DNA of 64,000 nucleotides from the human T2T-CHM13v2.0 reference genome, Homo sapiens, in NCBI RefSeq assembly GCF_009914755.1, contig NC_060931.1. The stretch is one strand, 5' to 3'. Numbering within the stretch: position 1 is the stretch's first letter; each line of letters opens with the position of its first letter. This document shows, piece after piece, positions 41,449 through 58,439 of the stretch. A program made the position numbers and the translations under genes. The notes under the pieces were generated by a model, which made no database searches, was not told the origin of the DNA, and saw only the letters and a program-made list of their open reading frames with translations.

Positions 41449-42473
41449 ATGACAAAGAATCAACGAAAAAATGCTAAAAACCCAAAAAGCCAAAGTGCCT
41501 CTTCTCCTCCATGATCACAGCGTCTCTCCATCTAGAGCACGGAACTGGACAGAGGATCAGATGGACAAATAAACAGAAGTAGGCTTCAGAAGACGGGTAA
41601 TAAAAAACCATAATAAGCCAAAGGAGCATGTTCTAACCCAATGCAAAGAAGCTAAGAACCTAGATAAAAGGTTATAAGAATTGCTAACTAGAGTAACCAG
41701 TTTAGACAGGAACATGAAATACCTGATGGAACTGAAAAACACGGCACAAGAATTTTGTGAAGTATACACAAGTATCAAAAGCCAAATCGACCAAGTGGAA
41801 GAAAGGATATCAGAATTTGAAGACCACCTTACTGAAATAAGACATGCAGACAAGAATAGAGAAAAAAGAATGAAAAGGAATGAACAAAGCCTCCAAGAAA
41901 TATGGGACTTCATAAAAAGACTGAAGCTATAATTGATTAGAGTTATCAGAAGCAGACAGGGAAAATGGAAACAAGCTGGAAAACACACATCAGGATATTA
42001 TCCAGGAGAAATTCCTCAACCTATCAAGACAGGCCAACATGCAAATTCAGGAAATGCAGAGAACACCATTAAGATACTCCACGAGAAGGTCAACCCCAAG
42101 ACATATAATCATCAGATTCTCCAAGGTTGAAATGAAGGAAAAACTGTTAAGGGCAGCCAGACAGAAAGACTAGGTCACCTAAAAAGGGAAGCCCATCAGA
42201 CTAACAGCAGACCTCTCAGCAGAAACTCTACAAGGCAGAAGAGATTAGGGACCAATATTCAACATTCTTGAAGAAAAGTATTTTCAACCCAGAATTTCAT
42301 ATCCAGCCAAACTAAGCTTCATAAGCAAAGAAGAAATAAAATCCTTTCCAGACAAGCAAATGCTGAGGGATTCTGTTACCATCAGGCCTGCCCTGCAAGA
42401 GCTTCTGAAAGAAGCACTAAATATGGAAAAGAACAACTGGTACCAGTAACTGCAAAAACACACCAAAATATAA
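41449..42473 (+). pseudogene. L1 ORF1p remnant (frameshifts and stops)
   Basis: ORF 41681..41932 'MELKNTAQE...ERISEFED...KRNEQSLQEIWDF' coiled-coil region. Confidence 0.88.
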
Positions 42474-42539
42474 AGACCAATGACACTACAAAGGAACTGG
42501 TAGTGCATCAACTACTGTGCAAAATAAGCAAATAGCATC

Positions 42540-46660
<4,121 letters not shown>

Positions 46661-46879
46661 ACATTTTGAACACATGGACACAGGGAGGGGAACATTACAC
46701 ACCAGGGTCTGTCAGGGGGTGGGGGTAAGGGGAGGGATAGCATCAGGAGAAATACCTAGTGTAGATGATGGGCTAATGGGTGCAGCAAACCACCATGGCA
46801 CATGTATACCTATGTAACAAACCTGCACGTTATGCACATGTATCCCAGAACCTAAAGTATAATTAAAAGAAAAAGACTG

Positions 46880-47135
46880 AGGATGACATCTATAAACTGA
46901 TATGGATTGGCTTCCAAGATATAGTGTTAAATGTAAAAAGCAAAGTGTGAGAAAGTGTCTATGGTATGGAACATTTTGTGCAATTAAGAAGAGGGAATAA
47001 GAAAATATATATTTCTCTGCACAACTGTACAAAAAGTAACTTAGGAAAGGAAACCCAGAAACTATGATATTGGTTCCATACAGGAGTCGGTGGAAAGGGA
47101 GTGACTAAAGTTGCAGATAGCAAGATAAAGTCACT
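46880..47135 (+). mobile_element. L1ME-type 3' fragment
   Basis: 'ctgatatgga...tccaagatatagtgttaaatgtaaaaagcaaagtg'. Confidence 0.6.
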
Positions 47136-47137
47136 TT

Positions 47138-47605
47138 TGTGAGACCCAAGCAAACTGGAGCCAGGAAAACACCAAGAAGGACAGCTCATGCTTGCACGTC
47201 TGAGATAAAGACTATTTCAAGGACTTTCTAAAATAACCTCATAAGAAATTCCTTCATCTTTTACACATCTCATACTTTTCATGATCTAAGTTTTGCAAGT
47301 ATGCACATATTTCTATGACTAGGTTTATCACTAGACATTCTTTAGGACTGCAGCAATTCTGACAAGATGCTCTCAAAAGAACACTTGCCTAGCAACAGCA
47401 CCTCTACCAATGAACTGATGTTAATTCTAGCTTTAAGCATCAAGAACCAATGAACTCTGTCTCCAAGCAGCTTACATAACTTCTCTTTGCCAGTAAAAAT
47501 GTTTCTTTACCTTTGGCTTTATGTCCCTATGGCTTGCTATAGCTGTGCTTCCCAGGTTATAATCCTTTTTGCTTACTCTCGAATAAACTCATCATGTTAG
47601 AATAA
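47138..47605 (+). mobile_element. ERV1-type solo LTR (MER4 group, possibly MER67-like)
   Basis: TG start, repeated 'ccaatgaact' CCAAT boxes, AATAAA near the 3' end ('gaataaactcatc'). Confidence 0.5.
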
Positions 47606-48189
47606 AAAAATGTAGATAGCTTAAAAATACTGTATTGCTAAAAAAATTCTAACAGTCACCTGAGCCTTCAGTGAGTCATAATATTTTTGCTGGTGGAGGG
47701 TCTTGCCTTAATGTTGATGACTGCTGAGTGATAAAGTAGTGGCTGCTGAAGGTTGGGGTAACTGGTAATTTTAATAAATAAGACAACAGAAAGTATGCCA
47801 TCTTGATTGACTCTTAATTTCATGAAAGATTCCTCTGTAACATGTGATGCTGTTTGATAGCATTTTGTTCACAGTAGAACTTCTTTCAATATTGGAATCA
47901 ATCCTCTCAAGCCCAACAGGCTTAATAAAGCAACAGGCTTGATAAAGCAACAGCTGCTTTATCAACTACATTTATGAACTATTCTAAATATCCTTTGTTG
48001 TCCTTTCAACAATGTTCACAGCATCTTACCCAGAGTAGATTCCATCTCAAGAAACAATTTTCTTTGCTCATCTATAAGAAGCAACTCTTCATTCATTCAA
48101 GTTTCATCATGTGATTGTAGCAATTCAGTCACATCTTCAAGCTCCACTTCTAACTGCAGCTTTCTTTCTTTTTTTGTAACATATTCTTT

Positions 48190-48860
48190 TTTTAATTTAT
48201 TTTTTAAATTATACTTTAAGTTCTAGGGTACATGTGCACAACGTGCAGGTTTGTTACTTATGTATACATGTGCCATGTTGGTGTGCTGCACCCATTAACT
48301 CGTCATTTATGTTAGGTATATCTTCTAATGCTTTCCCTCCCCCAGCCCACCACCACACGACAGGCCCCGGTGCGTGATGTTCCCCTTCCTGTGTCCAAGT
48401 GTTCTCATTGTTCAATTCCAACCTATAAGTGAGAACATGCAGTGTTTGCTTTTTTGTCCTTGCGATAGTTTGCTGAGAATGATGGTTTCCAGCTTCATCC
48501 ATGTCCCTACAAAGGACATGAACTTTTTTATGGCTGCATAGTATTCCATGGTGTATATATGCCACATTTTCTTAATCCAGTCTATCATTGATGGACATTT
48601 GGGTTGGTTCCAAGTCTTTGCTATTGTGAATAGTGCTGCAATAAACATATGTGTGCATGTGCCTTTATAGCAGCATGATTTATAATCCTTTGGGTATATA
48701 CCCAGTAATGGGATGGCTGGGTCAAATGGTGTTTCCAGTTCTAGATCCTTGAGGAATCGCCACACTGTCTTCCGCAATGGTTGAACCACTTTACGGTCCC
48801 ATCAACAGTGTAAAACTGTTCCTGTTTCTCCACATCCTCTCCAGCACCTGTTGTTTCCTG
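48190..48860 (-). mobile_element. L1PA4/5 3' end (ORF2 C-terminus plus 3' UTR)
   Basis: ORF 48412..48789 (-); diagnostics 'gcacaacgtgcaggtttgttac', 'acaggccccggtg'. Confidence 0.88.
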
Positions 48861-48865
48861 AATTT

Positions 48866-48900
<35 letters not shown>

Positions 48901-49332
48901 TTTTATTTTATTTTTTTAAATTTTATTATTATTATACTTTAAGTTTTAGGGTACATGTGCACAATGTGCAGGTTAGTTACATATGTATACTTGTGCCATG
49001 CTGGTGTGCTGTACCCATTAACTCATCATTTAGCATTAGGTATATCTCCTAAAGCTATCCTTCCCCGCTCCCCCCACCCCACAACAGTCCCCAAAGTGTG
49101 ATGTTCCCCTTCCTGTGTCCATGTGTTCTCATTGTTCAATTCCCACCTATGAGTGAGAATATGTGGTGTTTGGTTTTTTGTTCTTGTGATAGTTTACTGA
49201 GAGTGACGATTTACAGTTTCATCCATGTCCCTACAAAGGACATGAACTCATCATTTTTATGGCTGCATAGTATTCCACGGTGTATATGTGCCACATTTTC
49301 TTAATCTAGTCTATCATTGTTGGACATTTGGG
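48861..49332 (-). mobile_element. L1PA3 3' end with (TTTA)n tail
   Basis: Diagnostics 'gcacaatgtgcaggttagttacatatg', 'acaacagtcccc', 'gatagtttactgag'. Confidence 0.88.
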
Positions 49333-50458
49333 CTAACTCCAGCTTTCTTGCTATATCTATGGTATTTGAAATTACCTCCTCCACTGAAGGCTTAAACCCC
49401 TCAACACCATCCATGAGGGTTGGAATCAACGTCTTCCACACTCTCACTAATGTTGATATTTTAGCTGTCTTTCATGAATTACAAATGTTCTTAATGGCAT
49501 CTAGAATGGTGAATCCTTTCTGAAGGGTTTTTGATTTAATTTGCCCAGATCCATCAGAATAACCACTATCTATGGCAGCTATAGCCTTACAAAACATATT
49601 TCTTAAGTAGTAAGACTTGAAAAGTCAAAGTTCCCTCTTGATTTATGGGCTGCAGAATAGATGTTGTGTTAGCAGGCATAAAAACAACAGAAATCTCCTT
49701 GTTTATCTCCATCAGAGCTCTTGGGTGACCAGGTGCTTAGGCAAGGAGAAGTAGTAATATTTTGAAAGATTTTTTTTGTTTGTTTGTGTTTTGTTGTTTC
49801 TGTTTTGTTTTGTTTTGTTTTGTTTCTTCCCTGAGCAGTAGTTCTCAACAGTGGGCTTGAAAAATTCAGGAAACCATACTGTAAACAGATGTGGTGTCAT
49901 TTAGGCTTTATTGTTGCATTTTTAGAGCACAGGCAGAGTAGATTTGGCATAACTCTTAAGGAACCTAGGATTTTTGGAATGGTAAATAAGGATTGGTTTT
50001 AACTTAAAGTCACCAGCTGCATTAGCCCCTAACAAGCTAGCCTGTCCTTTGAAGTTTGAAGCCACACATTGCCTTCTAACTATGAAAGTCCTAGATGGCA
50101 TCTTCTTTTCCTAGAAGTCTGTTTTGTAAAACTCTGTTGTTTAGTATATTTGCCTCCATCAGTGGTCTTAGCTAGATCTTCTGGATTACTTGCTGCAGTT
50201 TTACATCAGCATTTCTGCTTCACCTTGTACTTTTACATTGTGGCAATGGGTTCTTTCCCTTAAACTCATGAACCAACTCTGCGAGCTTCAAATTTCTTTT
50301 CTGCAGCTTCCTGACCTCTCTTAGACTTTATAGAATTTGAAGAGTTAAAGAAAAGTTAAGGCCTTACTCTGGATGAGGTGTTGGCTTAGGGGAATGTTGT
50401 GGCTTGTTTGATCTTCTATTCAGACCACTACAACTTTCTCCCTATTAGCAATAAGTTC

Positions 50459-50866
50459 TGTGTTAGGCCATTCTTGCGTTTCTATAAAGGAATACCTGAG
50501 GCTGGGTATTTATAAAGAAAAGGGATTTAATTGGCTCAGCGTTCTGCAGGCTGTACAAGTATGGCACCAGCATCTGCTTCTGGTGAGGGCCTCAGGAAGC
50601 TTCCAATCATAGCAGAAGCCATGGCGAGCCAGCATATTACATTGCGAGAGTGAGAGCAAGGGAAAGAAAAGGGGTAGGTCCCAGACTTTTAAACAACCAC
50701 ATTCCATATGAACTAACTGAGCAATAACTCACAAGGGAATGGTGTTAAACCATTTATGAAGGATTTACTCCCATGATCCAGCCATCTCCCACCAGGCCCC
50801 ACCTTCAATACTGGAAATCACATTTCAACATGAGATTTGGAGAGGTCAAACATCCAAATTATATCA
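50459..50866 (-). mobile_element. MST (MSTA/B) MaLR solo LTR
   Basis: 'tgtgttaggccattcttgc...aatacctgaggctggg' ... 'catccaaattatatca'. Confidence 0.88.
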
Positions 50867-51647
50867 AAGGTGTTTTGCTTTCTTATCATTTGTGTGTTCA
50901 CTGGAGTAGCACTTTTAATTTCCTTCAAAAACTTTTCCTTTGTGTTCACAACTTGGCCAACTGGCTGGTACAAGAGGCCTAGCTTTCAGCCTATCTTGGC
51001 TTTTGACATGCCTTCTTCACTAAGCTTAATTAGTTCTAGCTTTTGACTTAAAGAGAAAGACTTGTGACTCTTCCTTTCACTTAAACTCTTAGAGGCCACA
51101 GTAGGGTTATTAGTTATCCTAATTTCAATATTGTTGTTTCTCAGGGAACACAGAAGCCTGAGGAGAAGGGGAAATGGCCTATGGGTGGAGCAGTCAGAAC
51201 ACACACAACATTTATTGATTAATTTTGCTATCTTATATTGGCGTGGTCCATGGTTTATGGTAGTACAAAACAATTAAAATAGTAACATTAATTATCACCT
51301 GGCACAGATCACCATAACACAGTAATAATGAAAATACTTGAATATTGCAAGAATTACCAAAATGTGACAAAGAGACACCAAGTGAGCATATGCTGTTGGA
51401 AAAATGGTGCTGATAGACTTAGTCAATGTAGGTTTGCCACAACCCTTCAACTAGTAGAAAATGCAGTATCTGCAAAGCATAAGAAAGTGAAAGGCAATGA
51501 ACAAGGTATACCTGCACCTGCTGCTTTGCTACACACCTGTGCCCTGGCTGTGAAACTCCTAGAATCTTTGAGAACTCGGGTGTTCAATACTTTCTCCTCT
51601 CTGATACTGTGCATTAAATTTGTGCTTGCATAAAAACAAACAAAAAA

Positions 51648-52672
51648 AATTAAAGATCTTCTGCACAGCAAAAGAAATTATCATCAGAGTGAACAGGCAA
51701 CCTACAGAGTGGGAGAAATTTTTTGCAATCTACCCATTTGACAAATGTCTAATGCGCAGAATGTACAAGGAACTTAAACATATTTACAAGAAAAAAACAA
51801 TTCCATCAAAAAGTGGGCAAAGGATATGAACAGACACTTCTCAAAAGAAGACATTTACACAGCCAACAAACATATGAAAGAAAGCTCAGCATCTCTGACC
51901 ATCAGGGAAATGCAAATCAAAACCACAATGAGATACCATCTCATGCTGGTCAGAATGGTGATTACTAAAAACTCAGGAAACAATAGATGCTGGTGAGGCT
52001 TTGGAGAAGTAGGAAAGCTTTTACACTGTTGGCGGGAATGTAAATTTGTTCAACCATTGTGGAAGACAGTATGGCGATTCCTCAAAGACCTATAACCCCA
52101 AATACCATTTGACCTAGTAATCCTGAGTATTACTGAGTATATACCCAAAGGGTTATAAATCATTCTACTATAAAGAAACATGTATGTTTACAGCAGCACT
52201 CTTTACAATACCAAAGACTTGGAACCAACCCAAATACCCATCAATGATTGACTGGATAAAGAAAATGTGGGGTACATATACACCATGGAATACTATGCAG
52301 CCATAAAAAGGAATGAGATCATGTCCTTTGCAGGGACATGGGTGAAGCTGGAAGCCATCATTCTCAGCAAACACAGGAACAGAAAACCAAACACCGCATG
52401 TTCTCACTCATAAGTGGGAGTTGAACGTTGAGAACACATGGACACAAGGAGGGGAGCAACACACACCAGGGCCTGTTGGGGGATGGGGGGTGAGGGGAGG
52501 GAACTTAAAGGATGGGTCAATAGGTGCAGCAAACTACCATGGCACACATATACCTATGGAACAAAGCTGCCCATCCTGCACATGAATCCCGTTTTTTTTG
52601 TATGTTTGTTTTGTTTTTTTTGTTTTTTGTTTTTGTTTAAGAAATAAAGAAAAAAAAGAAATAGAAAAAAAA
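51648..52672 (+). mobile_element. L1PA8A-like 3' fragment
   Basis: ORF2 C-terminal remnant '[20 protein letters not shown]'; 3' UTR 'gggtcaataggtgcagcaaac' with a T-rich stretch before the A tail. Confidence 0.8.
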
Positions 52673-53489
52673 ATGTTTGCATATGCCCATATACTCAGGT
52701 GCTGATTCACAGGCACAACACAAGTGGGGATTCAGGAATTTGGGCAGATAATAGAGCCAATCCATGTAATGTTGGTATCAAATGATCATCTTTATCAAGC
52801 GAGACCAGAATTGGATACTGAACCTATACATTTTAACCCTTCTGTTAATTCTCCTTTCGAATTTATTATGTACATCTAACAAAAACACAAAGGTTTATAA
52901 CAAATCAGCCATACGAATATGTAGATTTGATCCAAATTGTTCATATCCTTCAAGTAAAATTCTTCCTTGCAATTCCACACATTTTTTTTGTTAATATGAC
53001 TTGAGTCATATTTCACATATGCAAAAGAGTTACCAACACTTACAGCACTATCACGGACCTAGGGTGCCTAAGAAAACAACTTCCTCTAAAATGACTGATA
53101 CTGGCACCTCTGTGTAAAAACATAAGGCTCATCCTCTGAAGCAACCAGCACAGGTTAAACTTTTAATACCTTCAATCTACTCTCCTTTCAAGTATCTTGA
53201 GGGAAGTAAGAGTGTAAGGGTCAAACATACATCTGAGTTTAATTATAGGACACTGTATTGGGATACCTCTGAGACCTTTTTTCTTTCAAGTAACAGCATA
53301 TGTTAGCTTAAAGGTGGAAAGGTTATTTTCTCCCTCCACATCACTGGAAATCCAGACTTCTTACTGCATTTAGATACTTTGATGTTTTCATTGAGCTGGA
53401 GTTACTAAAGAAATTGATTTAAGAGAGACTTCTGTTTTAGCAACATGATTTCCTTAAATAGCAAAATAATTGGCAACCGGCTGGCTCAA

Positions 53490-53680
53490 ATAAAGTCTTT
53501 AAAAAGAGACACAAAGGGATGTCTATTTTTCCAATCTTCACAATGTTAGTACAATCCTCCATAAGTCTGTCTCTAATATGTTAAAGAAAGTAAAGTTAAT
53601 GAACACAGAGGAAAATTCACTTTCTTCAGTGGATGTATGAATATATATACATGCATATACGTATGCATAAAGTAGAATGG
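53490..53680 (+). repeat. Copy 1 of a ~190-bp local direct duplication
   Basis: Aligns with 54183-54462. Confidence 0.85.
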
Positions 53681-54182
53681 GAAGTGTATGAACCACACAG
53701 ATCTCTTTGAAATTGCATATGCTGCTTAGTGACTTTAGTGTTTGTTTAACATCTGCTTTCATTACATAGTAAAAACCATGAGGCACTAATCACTAAAGAT
53801 TACCTCTAGGTAAAGTAATAATAACACTCTGACCTATCCAGTTAGTGTTTCCATTTGCTTATACCATATGGTGATTTTTTAAAAATGCAAGGTGGAAATG
53901 AAACAGCATCTGGAGAGCATTCTTCCCCCGTCCCAACTATAGCATTCTTCCATCACCTAAGCACCAAAGTGCACTGTGTTGAAGTTTAAATATACCCACT
54001 CATTTCTTTTTGTTGGCTGTCTACAGTGTGAAGGCTTAAGACATAGATTTATTTTCAAGTGAATTCTAAAGTACATGGTAACTGGCTCTAAATAAAATAA
54101 GCTACTAAAATAGAAGCTATTTCTCATCCTATTCCTACAATGACCAGACAAGTTCCAATAGCTAATTTTGAAACAAAATAAT

Positions 54183-54462
54183 ATAAAAGTCTGTAAAAAG
54201 AGACACAAAGGAATGCCTGCTTTTCCAGTCTTTAAAATCATAGTACAATCCTCTATGATTCTGTCTCTAAAATGTTAAAGAAAGTAAAGTTAAATAAATG
54301 GACATAGATGAAAATTCACTGTCTGAAGTGTATACATCATGTATATGCATTATATATATGTGTACATGTATACACACATATATACATATATATGTATACA
54401 TGTATATGCATGTATATATATACATACACATATATATGGTGTAGAATGTATGTAAGTAGAAT
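54183..54462 (+). repeat. Copy 2 of the duplication, with an expanded TA/TG/CA microsatellite
   Basis: Shares 'taaaaagagacacaaagg', 'tagtacaatcctc', 'tgttaaagaaagtaaagttaa', 'gaaaattcact' with copy 1. Confidence 0.85.
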
Positions 54463-54489
54463 TTGATTTAATGTACCTTTTAGTATTTC

Positions 54490-55530
54490 TATTTTTCTAA
54501 TAAAGTTTTAGTTTTAGAATAGTTTCAGATTTACAGAAAAATTACAAAGATAATATAGAGAGTTTTCATGTATCTCATATTGTTTCTCCTATTATTTATA
54601 TCTTAAATAATTATGGAATATGTCTTACAATTAATGAACCAATATTGATATGTTATTATTAACTAAAGTCCATATTTTTTTTCTAATTTTTACAGTTTTT
54701 AACCTAATGCCCTTTTGTTTTTTTCATTTCAGAATCTCATCTAGGATACCATATTGGATTTAGTTAACATGTCTCTTTAGGCGCCTCTTGGCTGTGACAG
54801 TTTCTTAGACTGTTTTCTTGGTTTTGATAACTTTGACAGTAGCGTTCAGTACTGCTTAGATACTTTGTAGAATATACCTCAACTGCAGTTTGTTTCATAG
54901 TCTTTTGATGACTAGACTGGGGTTACAGTTTCAAGAGGAAAGACAACAGGGTTAAACTGTCATTCCTACCAAATCATATCAAGAGTACATCTTATCAATA
55001 TCACTTATCACTGTTGATCTTCACCTTGATCACCTACAAGGCTGAGGAGGTGTCTGTCAGTTTTCTGCACTGTAAAGTTACTCTTCCCGGCCCTTTCCAT
55101 TTGTACTTTTTGGGAGTCAGTCATCACATATCACACTTAAGGAGTAGGGAGTTATATTCTAGCTCCCTATTGAGGGCAGAATATTTACATAAAATATTTG
55201 GAATTCCTTTATATGGAAGATTACTTTAATTCTCATTTCTTTATTTCTTCAGTCATTACATTATATCAGTATGGTCACATAGATATTAATTTTATACTTT
55301 AAATTATAATCCAACCATTTTTCTTGTTTTGGCTACTGTTAGTTTTTTAAGTAGCTTCTGTATCCCTTTGACATATACCCTGTGTGTATACGTCACTGCT
55401 ATGTTTGTTGGGACTACAAGATGCTCCATCAGGATCATCTTGAGTATGTTCTTCCCCTTAAATCAGACATTAATTCAGGAATCCCTGGTTTCTTTTATTG
55501 GAATATGGTAATACAAAAAAAATTGCACTA
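54490..55530 (-). mobile_element. L1MC-type 3' region
   Basis: 'ttttagaatagtttcagatttacagaaaaatt', 'aactaaagtccata', 'cctcttggctgtgacagtttct'. Confidence 0.75.
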
Positions 55531-56149
55531 GGTGAGGTTTTGGTTTTGGTGAGGAAATTTAGGTACATATATAATGGAATCTTGAGTAATCTACACGCTA
55601 ACTCCTTTTTTGTTGTTTATATTTAAGGAAGCTATTCTACTTTACCTCTAGTTTAAAAGTGATACATCAGAAGTTGTATTATCTGTTTCATTAAACATAT
55701 TTGGTATTGACAAGATAAAGATGGAGAACAATTTTTGATAGCACAACCTATGCAAATTAACATGCTTTTATGACCATTTTAATTTTCAATCATGACTTTT
55801 TTTAGTTTATTGCTATCATGGAAATGAAACTGATTTATGTGAGGAAAAGCAAAAATTAATTTTTAAAATGTTTCATGATTGATGATCCTAAATTGAAACT
55901 ACTTTGAAATTTTGAATAATAATACAACCATTAAGAAACTGCAAGCCATTTTAGGGTATGTTATAAATATTTTGTCATTTCAAGTCATCATTTTCATGCC
56001 TACATGTTTCTAGAAGTAAATTGCCATTGACATCACCATCGTTATCAATGCTATACAGAAATTCTACTGAGAAATTGAAAAACATTTTATTTACTGTTCA
56101 GCACAGTTGGAAGACAGGAAAATAATTATATACAGAGAAAAACTCATCT

Positions 56150-56576
56150 AGCACGAACTACATCTTTGTGTCACCCCAAAATTCATAATATGAAATCTTA
56201 AGCCCCAGTGTGAGGATATTAGGAGTTGGGTCCATTGAGAGGTTTTTAGATCATGAGGGTAAAGCCTTCATGAATGAGATCAGTGCCCTTATAAAAGAGA
56301 CTCTGAGGCCAGGTGCGGTGGCTCACGCCTGTAATTCCAGTACTTTGGGAGGCGGAGGTGGGCGGATCACAAGGTCAGGAGATGGAGACCATCCTGGCCA
56401 ACATGGTGAAACCCCCTCTCTACTAAAAATACAAAAATTAGCTGGGCATAGTGGTGCGTGTCTGTAATCCCAGCTACTCGGGAGGCTGAGTCAGGAGAAT
56501 CGCTTGAACCAGGGAGTCAGAAGTTGCAGTGAGCCGAGATCACGCCAGCCACTGCACTCCAGCCTGCGCTAAAAAA

Positions 56577-56611
<35 letters not shown>

Positions 56612-56845
56612 AAAAAATAAAAATAAAATAAAATAAAATAAAAACTGAAAAGTTTGCTAGCCCTCCTTCCACCATGAAAGGACACAAAAAAAGGTTGGAA
56701 GTTTGTAAACTGAAAGAGGACCCTCACCAGAACTCAGCCATGCTGGCACCCTTATCCCAAACTTCCAGCCTCCAGAACCTGGGAAATTTTTGTTTATAAG
56801 CCACCTGGTTTATGGTATTCTGTTATAGAAGCCGAACCGACTGCG
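56150..56845 (+). mobile_element. MLT1A-type MaLR LTR interrupted by an Alu
   Basis: 'tgtgtcaccccaaaattcat', 'gtgcccttataaaagag', 'acttccagcctccagaac', 'ttatggtattctgttatag'. Confidence 0.85.
56307..56645 (+). mobile_element. AluSc-like, 3' end shortened, (TAAA)n/(TAAAA)n tail
   Basis: 'ggatcacaaggtcaggagatggagaccatcctggccaacatgg'. Confidence 0.9.
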
Positions 56846-58063
56846 GTATCATTTTTTTTTTCAACAAAGCCTACTCCATAAGCATCCTGGTTGCCAAACA
56901 TACCCAATTTACCATTTCTAATCTCTTTTTTAAATGTATAATAATTAAATTTCCCTCTTACATAGAACTGCAAGTGGTGGGCTGACATTATTTTGTAAAA
57001 TCCTGTGTAAAGTGCATTTTGCATTTAAGCAGAAGGTCTTCTGAATTACTTAACATATTCTGTTTTTCCCTAGCCCTACTGTTGTTATTATTAAATTAGG
57101 AAGCATTTTAAAATAACTCAGAGATTTATGTTTTGCTTAGATCTTTTCTATCATCTTTTATTATATGATCCTAATATCTATGGAGTTATTGAATATTTTT
57201 ATAGAGACATTTTTTTCCATATGAAGAAACAAAAGCTGAGAGTTACTAAGTAGTTTCTTTAGGACTTTAAGTAGTATTAGTGATAATTTTAAATTAGTGA
57301 TAATTTTAGAACCCCTTTGAAAGCCCCCCAAGAGTTCCTCTCTTGGGAGAAATAGTAACATGTCTGTACTAGGACATATAGCAGTCTTTGGATGTGAGAA
57401 AAGGGAAAAATTTCTCTGCTCTCAGAGTTAACACAGGAAGACTGAAGGGGTGGCAGATTCTGGCCAGCATGAAACTTAGACTGGAAGGTACTCAAGGTTT
57501 GCTCAGACTGAAGTGCTAGCAGAAGGTGGCAGGCAGAAGGAGAGAGTGGCTCTGTATATATAAACTGAAAATGGTTCCGTAGCTAAAATACGTTTTAAAG
57601 TGGAATTCTAGGTCATAGATAAGTGAAGCATTAGCATAACGCATTTTTATCCTCCTTTTGGAGAAATCACAGCCTAATTACCACAGTGGCACACTAAGTC
57701 ACAAAAATATTTTTGTTCTGTAGTTAGAGCCACCCAAACACCACATCACCAGACATTACTGATGGCTCGTGTTTAGGTCCAAATTTTCTAGTGATGTGAC
57801 AAAACCACACAAACTGAGCTAGATCATCTGCGTTACAACAGATATTTGTGCTATACACTGATAATATAAAATTTCATATGCTTAAAGAATGTCTCTGACA
57901 TCGAATTATGTGTCCATCATCTCCAAAGGTATGATAAAGTTCCTTGCATAAGAATCTGTATTAATGTAAAATTTTATCCTTCAAGACCATTTCATTTAAA
58001 GGGAGAATAAAGCAGAAATTGAAGATCAAAACTTCAGTTTACCCCGAGTAGACCTCAGTTTGT

Positions 58064-58095
58064 ATAGATAGATGATAGATAGATAGATAGATAGA
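58064..58095 (+). repeat. (GATA)n microsatellite
   Basis: Read directly. Confidence 0.85.
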
Positions 58096-58439
58096 TTTGA
58101 TGATGTAGTTTGAACTTGATAGTTTTTCATCTCTCACTGAAACCTTTTATTCACTGTACCACTTTTAAATCTAGCAACAATTGTACATTCCAAAGTAAAT
58201 TTTTTCAGAAGTCACATAAGTAATAATTCTAATGTCCCTATTGCTACTATTATTATGCATTCTATCAAAAGGGTAACATTAATATTAATCCAACACTAGA
58301 GAAAGTAACTTGAACTATTTTATTAAAGGTGACAATCATCAGTTTGTTTTCTCATTAAATATGAAAACTGTGGTAGCAGTACCATTTTATATTGGCAAAT
58401 TTTAAAATGAATCTCTAAAAAAAATTTTTATTTGCACAA

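Larger units (their letters stand above)
47615..51514 (-). mobile_element. Tigger1 (TcMar) DNA transposon, interrupted by a composite L1 insertion and an MST LTR
   Basis: 'tgagccttcagtgagtcataatatttttgctggtggagggtcttgcc'; transposase remnant 'SERKSHKSFSLSQKLELIKLSEEGMSKAKIG' (50986..51273 -); terminal 'ggtatacctg'. Confidence 0.88.
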
